Shown: positions 30,983 to 39,974 of the stretch, one piece after another
Layout: each line of letters opens with the position of its first letter
Position numbering within the stretch: the first letter of the stretch is position 1
NCBI GenBank assembly: GCA_963662285.2
Contig: CAXXMV010000002.1
Span: 672,001 to 736,000 of the forward strand
Direction: 5' to 3'
DNA: 64,000 nt
From: a bacterium
GTDB taxonomy: Bacteria; Hinthialibacterota; Hinthialibacteria; Hinthialibacterales; Hinthialibacteraceae
Notes under the pieces: generated by a model
What the model was told of the DNA's origin: nothing
The model's database searches: none
Seen by the model: only the letters and a program-made list of their open reading frames with translations
Translations under genes and position numbers: made by a program

Positions 30983-31291
30983 ATGAAGCAGGTTAAAGGA
31001 ACGGATGCCCTGGAAATACTCAGGGATAGGTACGGTATCGAACCGGATGACGATGACGTTATAGCAACCCATGAGCAAATGATGGTTGCTCAGATGATCT
31101 ATGATGCCCGTACAGAAGCGGGTTTAACTCAAAAAGAACTGGCCGACCTGATTGGAACAAGACAATCTGTGATTTCCAGATTGGAAGACGCAGACTATGA
31201 AGGACATTCATTGCCCATGCTGAACCGGATCGCATTAGCCTTGCAAAAGAAATTACAAATCAGGTTTATTCCTGCGTCGGTATCCGAATAA
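30983..31291 (+). CDS. XRE-family HTH protein (orphan antitoxin)
   Basis: ARTEAGLTQKELADLIGTRQSVISRLEDADYEGHSL. Confidence 0.85.
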   Translation: MKQVKGTDALEILRDRYGIEPDDDDVIATHEQMMVAQMIYDARTEAGLTQKELADLIGTRQSVISRLEDADYEGHSLPMLNRIALALQKKLQIRFIPASVSE

Positions 31292-31345
31292 ATCCCTCTA
31301 CTCAAAAAACTCTATAGGCTAATAATAATATAGTGATAAATAAGA

Positions 31346-31382
31346 TTGACAAAAACTAGAATTTATTCCATTATAGTGGAAT
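31346..31382 (+). promoter_or_regulatory. Leaderless sigma70 promoter with overlapping operator for TA module
   Basis: TTGACA(31346)-17-CATTAT(31369-31374), ATG at +7; palindrome attcca-N6-tggaat at 31365-31382. Confidence 0.6.
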
Positions 31383-31713
31383 GGATAAGTATGCATCGCA
31401 ATGGGAAATTGAGGTTTATACTGATGAGAAGGGAAAAATACCCTTCAATGAATGGCTATCCAATCTCGATTTTCCCATAAAAGCACGTATTTTGGAGCGC
31501 CTTAACCGCATTCGTGATGAAAACTTTGGAGATAGCAAGTTGTTGCAAGATGGAGTTTTTGAATTACGTTTCCATTTTGGGTCAGGATATCGTGTATATT
31601 ATGGTAAAAGTGGGCAACGAATAGTTCTTTTACTGACCGGAGGCGATAAAAGCAACCAAAAACGGGATATCAAAAAAGCTCTTGAATACTGGAAAGAATA
31701 TAAGGACGCATAA
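31381..31713 (+). CDS. RelE/ParE-family addiction module toxin (HI1419-like)
   Basis: PFNEWL, NFGDSK, GVFELRFHFGSGYRVYYG, LLTGGDKSNQKRDI. Confidence 0.9.
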   Translation: MDKYASQWEIEVYTDEKGKIPFNEWLSNLDFPIKARILERLNRIRDENFGDSKLLQDGVFELRFHFGSGYRVYYGKSGQRIVLLLTGGDKSNQKRDIKKALEYWKEYKDA

Positions 31714-31714
31714 C

Positions 31715-32032
31715 ATGAAACGAACTATACCGTTTAGAGAAATAGAATTGGCGCAACTTCAAGAACCTGAGTGCGCCAGAGAATATTTGAAAATTTCTTT
31801 AGAAGAAACTCGAAAAGATGGGAACCGGGTGGCTTTTTTGCGTGCGTTACGTAATGTTGTAGATGCTCGAGGTGGGGTTGTTGAACTGTCTAAACGTATG
31901 CATAAACCGACGAGTACGTTGTACAAGGCTATTTCGATGGATGGGAATCCTCGTTTAGATACCTTGGATTTGATCCTTGGTGATATCGGGCTTCAGTTGT
32001 CAGTCGATGTTCTTAATAAGCAAAACCGATGA
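31715..32032 (+). CDS. Addiction module antidote protein (HI1420-like HTH)
   Basis: FLRALRNVVDARGG, LYKAISMDGNPRLDTL; ATG immediately after the toxin stop. Confidence 0.85.
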   Translation: MKRTIPFREIELAQLQEPECAREYLKISLEETRKDGNRVAFLRALRNVVDARGGVVELSKRMHKPTSTLYKAISMDGNPRLDTLDLILGDIGLQLSVDVLNKQNR

Positions 32033-32065
32033 ACCTATCCAGCATCTACGTGCTCAACGTCCAAA

Positions 32066-32401
32066 CTAAATACTATCTTCAGCAATAGAACGATCTATTT
32101 GTAAAAACTCTATGGGGGCGCCATTGTCTTCAATAAATGCAACGATGACTCCGGGGCTTGGGCTATTAGGCTGGATGATTACATTTTTTCCCTTTATCTC
32201 CTTCTCAATATCTTCTACTTCAAAAGCCACATGAGGGATATTTTTGACGATTTCGGGGAAATCCGCATCATCTTCATAACGCATCCATTCAATTCCATAA
32301 GGATTCTTGCCGTATCCACTTACATACACCTTCAAATGCTTCAAGTGGATTTCATCTCTGAGTTTTTCTTTTGTCGGTATTCCCAGGTGATGATATTTCA
32401 T
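32066..32401 (-). CDS. VOC/glyoxalase-like protein
   Basis: YHHLGIPT, PHVAFEVEDI, AFIEDNGAPIEFLQ. Confidence 0.75.
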   Translation of the reverse strand: MKYHHLGIPTKEKLRDEIHLKHLKVYVSGYGKNPYGIEWMRYEDDADFPEIVKNIPHVAFEVEDIEKEIKGKNVIIQPNSPSPGVIVAFIEDNGAPIEFLQIDRSIAEDSI

Positions 32402-32508
32402 TTTCTTTCCCCCAATTTAACTCAAAACCGCATTCACCACCGTATTAAGTTATTGAATGCTTCGGATTCCACTCCGATTTATATCTTACCCTAATATGGA
32501 GATGAAAA

Positions 32509-33297
32509 ATGAAAAAGAATATCGCTTTTACAACTCTCATCATTCTGGCATGTGTTGTTTGCGGGCTAACTGTTTCAACCAGCAGTGCTGCGGATCAGCA
32601 GAGTATTTCCGCTCTAAAGCAGGCGTTATCCAGTTATGAATGGAAAGAGAGAGAACAGGCCGCGGATGCTATCGGTGAAATTGGAGTTGATGCGAAAGAA
32701 ACAATCCCATCTCTCATCGAATGCCTTACGGATGAGGAATGGCATGTGCGAAAGTCTGCCGCCAATGCCCTGGTCAGTATGAAGGCTGAAGCAAAGCAGG
32801 CAGTTCCGTCTTTAATTGATGCGTTAGGTGATGAAGAGTGGCAGGTACGCAAACCAGCCGCTTACGCTTTGGCGGCTATCGGGCCTGCATCTGTACCGGC
32901 TGTAACGGCCCTTATCGTGGCGCTGCGTGATGAAGAATGGCATGTACGCAAACCCGCAGCTTGCGCCTTGGCGGCCATTGGTCCTGCATCTATACCCGCA
33001 GTAACTGATCTTGTCTATGCGCTGAGTGATTATGAATGGCAGGTACGCAAACCCGCCTGTGACGCTTTGGCTGCAATTGGTCCTGCGTCGCAACCTGCTG
33101 TAAATAAACTTGTTAAGTTGCTCAATGATGAAGAATGGCAGGTTCAAAAATCCGCCGCGTTGGCTCTTGGAGCGATTGGATCTGAAGCGGCGGTCGCTAT
33201 CCCCGCGCTTAAAGAAAAACTCAAGGATTATGAAGAGCAAGTGCGTGACGCTGCCGCCCACGCGTTATTGAAAATTGAGAAAATTATAAAGCATTGA
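32509..33297 (+). CDS. Exported HEAT-repeat protein (seven 33-aa repeats)
   Basis: Signal peptide; L.DEEW[QH]VRK.AA.AL.AIG repeats at 99-bp period. Confidence 0.88.
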   Translation: MKKNIAFTTLIILACVVCGLTVSTSSAADQQSISALKQALSSYEWKEREQAADAIGEIGVDAKETIPSLIECLTDEEWHVRKSAANALVSMKAEAKQAVPSLIDALGDEEWQVRKPAAYALAAIGPASVPAVTALIVALRDEEWHVRKPAACALAAIGPASIPAVTDLVYALSDYEWQVRKPACDALAAIGPASQPAVNKLVKLLNDEEWQVQKSAALALGAIGSEAAVAIPALKEKLKDYEEQVRDAAAHALLKIEKIIKH

Positions 33298-33351
33298 AAT
33301 GATTATTTCATGGATGTTTTTTATTATAATTAACGCAACGAGGAAATTAAT

Positions 33352-34533
33352 ATGATTAAACTACATCAAGTTGTATTTATAGCATTACTGTTGTTCCTTT
33401 CAAATATATCCGTCGCCAATGAGAAAATGGATTTCTGGAACACGCAGCGCAAAGGCGCCAATTGTTTTAATGTTGTATCTCAGGAGCAGTGGTTTAAAGA
33501 TGCTCATGAACTCGGACTTGAGTGGGTGCGGATGACTTATGGTAAATGGAAAGGCGCCCAACGTGATTTTCTGATGGGGGATGCAGGGTTTTTCAAAGGC
33601 ATAGTTAAAGAGGACCTGGCCAAGCTTATTCAAACTCTTGATTGGGCTGAAAAATATGGTGTCAAGGTGGTGGTTACTCCTCTATGTCTGCCGGGCAACA
33701 GATGGATACAAAACAATAATAATCAAAGGGATTTACGCTTATGGAATGACAAGGCATTTTGGAAACAGGCGGCGGATTTCTGGAGTGAGTTGGCGGCTGT
33801 TCTAAAGGATCATCCGGCGGTTTACGCTTATAATATCTTGAACGAACCAATCGCAGAAATGAAAACCGGGATATCTGAACAAAGTCCTGCTTCCCGTTAT
33901 CTTGAATGGTATAAAGAATATAAAGGAACTTCTCATGATTTACCGGCATTCTATGAGACGGTGATATCTGAAATCCGCAAAGTGGATTCGTTAACTCCCA
34001 TCATGGTGGATGGAGGATGGTATGGTCACCCGAATGCGTTTTCTTATTGGCCAAAATTGAATGATGATAAGGTGCTCTATTCGTTTCACATGTATGAACC
34101 TTATTCATTCACCAATCATAAGAATTTTTTTGAAGAACATAATCTTATCTATCCGGGAAAAATATCCTTCGCTGGAAAGAAGGTTGATTGGAACAAGAAA
34201 CAAATCGAAAATCACTTTTCCACTTTCTTTGCGTGGGCTAAAGATAAAAATATCCCGTTGAACCGGTTAGTCTGCGGAGAATTTGGATGCTACCGCCGCA
34301 ACCAGGGATGCCAGGATTACCTCGAAGATGTTCTTACTGTCCTGAATTCGCATAATTTGCATTGGGCGTTCTATTCTTTCCGCGAGGATGAATGGGATGG
34401 CTATGATTATGAGGTTGGAACAGTTGGATTAGGTGAGGAATACTGGAAAGCCAAAGATAAAGGTGAAAATCCTAAAGTCCCACGCCACGACAATCCGTTG
34501 TTTGATGTGATAAAAAGAGAATTTTCTAATTGA
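33352..34533 (+). CDS. Glycoside hydrolase family 5 (cellulase family), secreted
   Basis: Signal peptide; acid/base NEP, SFHMY, nucleophile GEFG. Confidence 0.9.
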   Translation: MIKLHQVVFIALLLFLSNISVANEKMDFWNTQRKGANCFNVVSQEQWFKDAHELGLEWVRMTYGKWKGAQRDFLMGDAGFFKGIVKEDLAKLIQTLDWAEKYGVKVVVTPLCLPGNRWIQNNNNQRDLRLWNDKAFWKQAADFWSELAAVLKDHPAVYAYNILNEPIAEMKTGISEQSPASRYLEWYKEYKGTSHDLPAFYETVISEIRKVDSLTPIMVDGGWYGHPNAFSYWPKLNDDKVLYSFHMYEPYSFTNHKNFFEEHNLIYPGKISFAGKKVDWNKKQIENHFSTFFAWAKDKNIPLNRLVCGEFGCYRRNQGCQDYLEDVLTVLNSHNLHWAFYSFREDEWDGYDYEVGTVGLGEEYWKAKDKGENPKVPRHDNPLFDVIKREFSN

Positions 34534-34554
34534 ATACAATATAATTAGATATCC

Positions 34555-34590
34555 GAGAGAGGTTTGGAGATATTTCTTCAAACCTCTCTC
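34555..34590. terminator. Hairpin after the GH5 gene
   Basis: gagagaggtttggag-N6-cttcaaacctctctc. Confidence 0.6.
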
Positions 34591-34637
34591 AATGAAGAAA
34601 TCCTAAAAAATGTTTTCCTTATAAAAGTGTTTAACCA

Positions 34638-35261
34638 ATGGTGCAAATCTTAGTACATACTGAATTTGAAGAGAACGTTATTTCCCATTCCAGCGAATTG
34701 AAGCGTTCGCCAAAGTTATCCGAATTGTGGCACTCCGGTTGGCCGCAGACTTTGGATGAATTTGAACGATTTGTGAATGTTTTTCAAAAACGTTTGTTTC
34801 GGTTTATCTTTTATCGTCTTAGAAATCAACAGGATGCAGAGGATTTGTTGCAAACATTATTTCTCAAAGCATACCATAACCGTGAAAAACTTAAAAAAGT
34901 AAAATCACAAGTCGGCGCCTATTTGTATCGCATGGCGTTGAATGCCTGTATCGACCATGGCCGTAAGCGAATGCAGGTAAACCATGTCAATATTGATGAC
35001 CCAGATCAGGCATCATCAAAATATATGTCTGTAGACGCTGGAGCGACTGATGAACTTGACCGTATCGAAGAGATCATGCAGCAGATTCCGGCCAAACAGG
35101 CGGAGGTGCTTCGGTTTCGCGTTATGGATGATCTTACATTTTCTGAAATCGCCAAAGTTATTGGCTGTTTTGAAACAACAGCTAGGACGCGTTATCGATA
35201 TGGCGTGAAAAAGCTTCGTCAAATTATACAAGAAGAAGAAAAAAACCATGAAATGTTGTAA
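34638..35261 (+). CDS. ECF RNA polymerase sigma factor
   Basis: DAEDLLQTLF, YLYRMALNACIDHGRK, region 4 LTFSEIAKVIG. Confidence 0.9.
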   Translation: MVQILVHTEFEENVISHSSELKRSPKLSELWHSGWPQTLDEFERFVNVFQKRLFRFIFYRLRNQQDAEDLLQTLFLKAYHNREKLKKVKSQVGAYLYRMALNACIDHGRKRMQVNHVNIDDPDQASSKYMSVDAGATDELDRIEEIMQQIPAKQAEVLRFRVMDDLTFSEIAKVIGCFETTARTRYRYGVKKLRQIIQEEEKNHEML

Positions 35262-36855
35262 GGTTCAAAACCGAATCCTTGATTTATTACCATTATCTTT
35301 GGAAGAGTCGCTTCCAGGAGATATATTGCAACATATATCCACTTGTTCTGTATGCAAATCTTTTTATCAGGAACATGAACAGGCGATTGAGAGAATTAGA
35401 CCGACAAATCCTGCGCCATTTCCGCAAAAATTCAATGAAGATCTGATGCAGCGAATCCGATCCCAAGAGAACACGAATTCCCAAAGAACTGCTGTAACTT
35501 CGAAAAAAACGTTTCTTTGGAAACCCGTCTATGTTACCGGTATGGCGATTCTGATATTGTCTTTTTTCGTTTTTTCCAATCCAAACGAGTGGATTCAATA
35601 TCTATTGAAAAATGACGCCGCATTATCGGCGGATATCCGGCTCTTTAATGCTTTTGCCAATGAGTTTTCTTATTCACGCCACACTGGAATGCTATATCAG
35701 TCCAACGAAGTCATATTCCATCCTTTGAAAGCGTTCTTTGGAGAAGAAGAACAATGGTATCCCATTACAGTCATCAATAAATCCGGGCAAATCGAGATTG
35801 TTAAAATCGCATTTAACGAGAATCATAGAAAAAAGCGGATTATCAAGGATGAATCCTGGTATGATTTGGATAGTTGTCGTTTTCTTCGTATGTTATCTAT
35901 CGATCAAAAGGTCTTCTTTCTGAATGCTTTCGATGGTAAACAATTGTTAACGACGCAAAAAAATAGTAATAAGAGTGGATTTTCCGTAGAAATAGATACT
36001 CCAGTAGATTTTATGATCCCTCAACCGGGAGAATTCTTTGGATTTATGGCCAGTTTACCGGCTTTTTTTGCTGAAAGTAACGATGTCAAAATGGTGAATT
36101 CCATTTCCAAAAAGCAAATCGATGGAGAACCGATTCAGCAAATAAAAACTACTATTAAAAAAAATGGTGAATATGCTTATCGTTATTACTTTAATATCAC
36201 GCCAAGTAATAATGAAATTGCTGAGATTCACACTTTCCTTTACAGGACTCAATTATTAACTATACGCCCAAACACAATTGTTTCTGAAAATATATCCTCT
36301 TTCCCTCAAAATTTCTCAGAAACGCGGTTTGATAATGATACGGCAAACGACATTAATATAGAGTATTCCGATATTCCTCCTTTTTCAAAAAGAATATCCT
36401 TGGTGGAAATACGCGAAAATGTCTGGAGCGACTACCTATATATTGAACCGGATGTAGTTAACCGGCAACTTATAGAATATTCTGATATGTTTGACTTTGG
36501 ATATCCATCAAAACGGGCGTATTTGACCACATATTGGTTGCCGGATGGAAATCCGGTTATTCTCATACAATCATATTCATTAAATATGCGGTATGGCGAG
36601 AAGATAAAAGGCGCCAGTAAGTTGATTCATTCAACCAAGCAGGGATTAAATATCTGGGAAAGTCCTATAATCCATAAAGTGGCCAAGCAAGTATCTCAAT
36701 TTGCATTGTCAATGACAGAGAAACCGTTGAATGATAACATCAAAGGATATTTGTTAGAGCATCCTAATGGATGCTTCGCTTATATAGTATCTAAAAAGAC
36801 AATGGATGATGAGTTATTAAGATTTCTGGCAAGATTATCACCTTTAAAGAAATAA
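35248..36855 (+). CDS. Putative transmembrane anti-sigma factor with large extracytoplasmic domain
   Basis: Overlaps the ECF gene; zinc motif HISTCSVC (HxxxCxxC), one TM helix, about 420-aa C-terminal domain. Confidence 0.75.
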   Translation: MKCCKVQNRILDLLPLSLEESLPGDILQHISTCSVCKSFYQEHEQAIERIRPTNPAPFPQKFNEDLMQRIRSQENTNSQRTAVTSKKTFLWKPVYVTGMAILILSFFVFSNPNEWIQYLLKNDAALSADIRLFNAFANEFSYSRHTGMLYQSNEVIFHPLKAFFGEEEQWYPITVINKSGQIEIVKIAFNENHRKKRIIKDESWYDLDSCRFLRMLSIDQKVFFLNAFDGKQLLTTQKNSNKSGFSVEIDTPVDFMIPQPGEFFGFMASLPAFFAESNDVKMVNSISKKQIDGEPIQQIKTTIKKNGEYAYRYYFNITPSNNEIAEIHTFLYRTQLLTIRPNTIVSENISSFPQNFSETRFDNDTANDINIEYSDIPPFSKRISLVEIRENVWSDYLYIEPDVVNRQLIEYSDMFDFGYPSKRAYLTTYWLPDGNPVILIQSYSLNMRYGEKIKGASKLIHSTKQGLNIWESPIIHKVAKQVSQFALSMTEKPLNDNIKGYLLEHPNGCFAYIVSKKTMDDELLRFLARLSPLKK

Positions 36856-37058
36856 TCCCCTCAATATTTGAGTCTCTTTCATCTGGTTTTTGCTGTGTTC
36901 CTCGAGTCGGGATAAAGAATATGTTCATAATCATGTTTTGCTGTTAAAACGCTAATATTTACAGGATTTTTGACACGCGAATAAGCATGTTTTATGCAAA
37001 CTTCTATGTGGAAATTATTGAATTCCCGCTTAATTTCACGTAATTCTAATATTCGGGC

Positions 37059-37210
37059 TAAAGATCGTTTTCCAGCGGTCGATACATGAAGGCACATAAA
37101 AGAACAGCGCTTCCAAAAAAAAAGTCAAAAAGTTCTTAAGATTGAATTTCAACAGTCGATAAATGGAAGCAGAGCAAATGCATTTAATTATTTTTGGTTG
37201 AGGCCGACAA
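37059..37210 (+). promoter_or_regulatory. Three tandem sigma28 (FliA)-type promoters
   Basis: TAAA-N15-GTCGATAC (37059-37085), TTAA-N15-GTCGATAA (37136-37162), TTAA-N15-GCCGACAA (37184-37210). Confidence 0.7.
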
Positions 37211-37229
37211 GGGTTTTTTATAGTTTCAC

Positions 37230-37367
37230 TTCGCCGAGAGTTCAAGGATGAACTCCTGAGCCGAAAGGTTCCGAAAAGGCGAAACACTACTTAACGATTC
37301 AGTCTGGAAGATGTGAATCGGATTACCTGGCAAGGATTGCCGGGTCCCAAAGTATCAGGGAGGATAC
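37230..37367 (+). promoter_or_regulatory. Structured flagellin leader with GGA-loop hairpins (CsrA-type sites)
   Basis: gagttc-AAGGAT-gaactc; cgattca..tctGGAaga..tgaatcg; cctggcaaGGAttgccggg; gtatc-AGGGAG-gatac covering the SD. Confidence 0.7.
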
Positions 37368-37370
37368 GCC

Positions 37371-39974
37371 ATGGGCATTACACGTATCAACAACAACGTC
37401 GCTGCAATTACCGCGACACGTCACTTAAACGCTTCGAGTTCTCAATTAACTAAAAATATCGAACGTCTATCTTCTGGGTTGCGCATCAACCGCGCTGGCG
37501 ACGATGCTGCCGGATTAACCATTAGAGAGCGCCTACGGACTCAAATTCGCGGCACAGACATGGCAATCCGTAACTCGCAAGACGGCATTAGCATGGTCAG
37601 CACAACAGAAGCGGCTCTCGATTCTCTAGTTTCCAGCCTGCATCGTATTAGAGAATTGGCGATCCAGGCAGGTAATACGGGAACTAATGACGCCCCTGCT
37701 ATTCAAGCCATCCAGGACGAAGTCTTCCAGCAGATCGACGAAGTCAACCGGATCGCTACCACTGCACGCTTCAGTTCACGGATTCTCTTCACGGGCGATA
37801 ACGCCAATCAGACTGAACTGCGTCGCGGTCAAGATGATATCGGTGTTAATATCTCCAATGATCCCAATGCCAGCAATTTGAGAAGCGGCACATCAATTCT
37901 AAATATTATCCGTACTCAAAGCGGTTCGGAAAACCTTCTTCCCGCAATTAAAGAAGATGGACAGGCCATTTTCGCCACCGGTTTGAAGGATGCGACCGAT
38001 ATCGCCGTCACCGAACAACGTTTCTTTAGTAGTGCTGCCCCTGGTCCAGCAGCCAATTCAGAAGACCTTTCTTCGTTATTCTTCGGCGGCACAGTATCAA
38101 TGACTCAGGTTCCCATACGAGCAAATGACACTATTTCTTTTCAAGGCTTCTTGTCTGATGGCATTACTCCATTTGCTGGAGCACTTAGTGTTACCACCTT
38201 AGCCGGAAATAGTGGCGTCGGCGACTTGATTTCTCAAATCCAACTCGCTATTGATAATGCTGAAGTGGCGCTGTTTGGTGGACTGGTTGCGGATATCCCT
38301 TCCAGTTTCCTACAGACGCACGTCAGTATCCCTATCGAAACTAATACTGAAGCGCAGGGCAGTGGACGTCTTCGTTTCTTAAGCGCTAAAGCTGGTGGAG
38401 CGAATGCAACCAATGCAGATATCTCAGATGGTCCATCAAAATTCAGCATAAGTATAAAAATCGTCAATAATACTGATGATCTTAAGATTCAAACCGTATC
38501 TACAAGAGATTATGTCGAGGGCAAAAATGTTGGCGCACAATACGGAAACTATGTCCAGGGAATTACTGGTTCAACTTTCGATACGGGCAACTTTGGCATC
38601 GAAGTAACGGACATTATTCCTCCAAGCCGACGGAAACTTGAAACGCAACTCGAATTCCGCGATTCAAGCGGCTCTCTTCTTACGCGTTCTGCAAGTCTTG
38701 TCAACTCAGTATCAGGCGCAATCTTGAATGGAACTTTCATGGATTCAGTATTCACCACTGGCGACACCGGCATCCAGTTCGAAGCAAACGACACTTTGAC
38801 CATCCAAGGTGTTAATGCTGATGGCACAACATTTGAAACAATCTTTACCATGGTTGTCGATCCCGGCGGCGTCGTTCATGTAGATAATAATGTAGGCGAT
38901 GGTCAATTCGAGACTCTTTCCGGTCTTATTAAAGAATTGAATAACCGGGATAGATCAAGCGGCATCAATTACACCGCTACAGAAAAAGATCAAAGCGCAT
39001 TTATGGATGCAGTATTCACCTTTACCGGCAGCGGGACGTTCCAACTGATTGACGATGTCGCGGAAGAATCTAAATCCAGTTTGTTTATGATCGTTGAAGA
39101 TGCCAATACCACGCGGACTCTAACTGATCGTTCTCAAGTCATCATCGAAGGCAATCCAGAAATGGCCACGGTAACAATAGATGGCGGCGAGCGTATACGC
39201 GTCAAGGTTGGCGATGAAGTCGTGCTTACGGGACCGCAACCCACTAAGTTCGGTGAAGAAATTCCACGGACTATTATGAGGATTGGCGCTGGCGCACGAT
39301 CCAGTATGTCAAATTCTATTCTTAATCAGGGCACGGATACTCTCGAAATCACCGCTCAGGAATATATTGCGACGCTTAATGGCGGTCCTATCGTCACTTT
39401 CCAGAATGGCGACCAGGATGTCTTCTTCGAAAGTGGAGTAAGCGAGGGAGTCGCGGAAACCTTGATGCTCGATTTCGACGCAATCCTGGATATCACTGGA
39501 CCCACGATTGATGGTTCGCCTAACACCGGTATGGCAATTCTGCTATCGACCGTCAATAACGCCCTGAATTATCAGGTCGGCGCTTTCCAGGGTCAGAATT
39601 TACAGGTAAATATCCCCGATCTTCGCGGCAACGTCATTGGTTTTGGCTTTGGCAGCGGAATGACGGTTTCTGATATCAATGTTACTACTGTTGAAGGAGT
39701 AGACGCAGCACTTGCAATTGTTGATGAAGCGCTGGATCAGGTCAGTCGGACTCGATCCACCTTAGGCGCATTTACCAATAGACTAGAGACCACCATAGAC
39801 AGCCTGTCTACGGCTTCCGAAAATCTCCAGGCCTCAGAATCACGACTCAGCGATGTAGATATGGCTACGGAAGTATCTGCCTTCACTTCTAATCAGATAC
39901 TCTTCCAGGCTGGTACATCAGTTCTCGGACAAGCTAACTTCTTGCCGCAAGGCTTGTTATCACTACTTGGATAA
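37371..39974 (+). CDS. fliC: Giant flagellin (867 aa)
   Basis: N-terminal ERLSSGLRINRAGDDAAGL; C-terminal RSTLGAFTNRLE...SRLSDVDMA...QANFLPQGLLSLLG. Confidence 0.95.
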   Translation: MGITRINNNVAAITATRHLNASSSQLTKNIERLSSGLRINRAGDDAAGLTIRERLRTQIRGTDMAIRNSQDGISMVSTTEAALDSLVSSLHRIRELAIQAGNTGTNDAPAIQAIQDEVFQQIDEVNRIATTARFSSRILFTGDNANQTELRRGQDDIGVNISNDPNASNLRSGTSILNIIRTQSGSENLLPAIKEDGQAIFATGLKDATDIAVTEQRFFSSAAPGPAANSEDLSSLFFGGTVSMTQVPIRANDTISFQGFLSDGITPFAGALSVTTLAGNSGVGDLISQIQLAIDNAEVALFGGLVADIPSSFLQTHVSIPIETNTEAQGSGRLRFLSAKAGGANATNADISDGPSKFSISIKIVNNTDDLKIQTVSTRDYVEGKNVGAQYGNYVQGITGSTFDTGNFGIEVTDIIPPSRRKLETQLEFRDSSGSLLTRSASLVNSVSGAILNGTFMDSVFTTGDTGIQFEANDTLTIQGVNADGTTFETIFTMVVDPGGVVHVDNNVGDGQFETLSGLIKELNNRDRSSGINYTATEKDQSAFMDAVFTFTGSGTFQLIDDVAEESKSSLFMIVEDANTTRTLTDRSQVIIEGNPEMATVTIDGGERIRVKVGDEVVLTGPQPTKFGEEIPRTIMRIGAGARSSMSNSILNQGTDTLEITAQEYIATLNGGPIVTFQNGDQDVFFESGVSEGVAETLMLDFDAILDITGPTIDGSPNTGMAILLSTVNNALNYQVGAFQGQNLQVNIPDLRGNVIGFGFGSGMTVSDINVTTVEGVDAALAIVDEALDQVSRTRSTLGAFTNRLETTIDSLSTASENLQASESRLSDVDMATEVSAFTSNQILFQAGTSVLGQANFLPQGLLSLLG

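Noticed and set aside
32620-33290. CRISPR-like periodic repeats
   Set aside because: The 99-bp period lies within a coding HEAT-repeat gene; no unique spacers and no cas genes in the window.
37256-37290. Hammerhead ribozyme (CTGA...GAAA)
   Set aside because: The core lacks CUGANGA; better explained as part of the flagellin leader structure.
37800-39600. Enzymatic (flagellinolysin-type) insert in the flagellins
   Set aside because: No HExxH or other catalytic signature seen in either flagellin.
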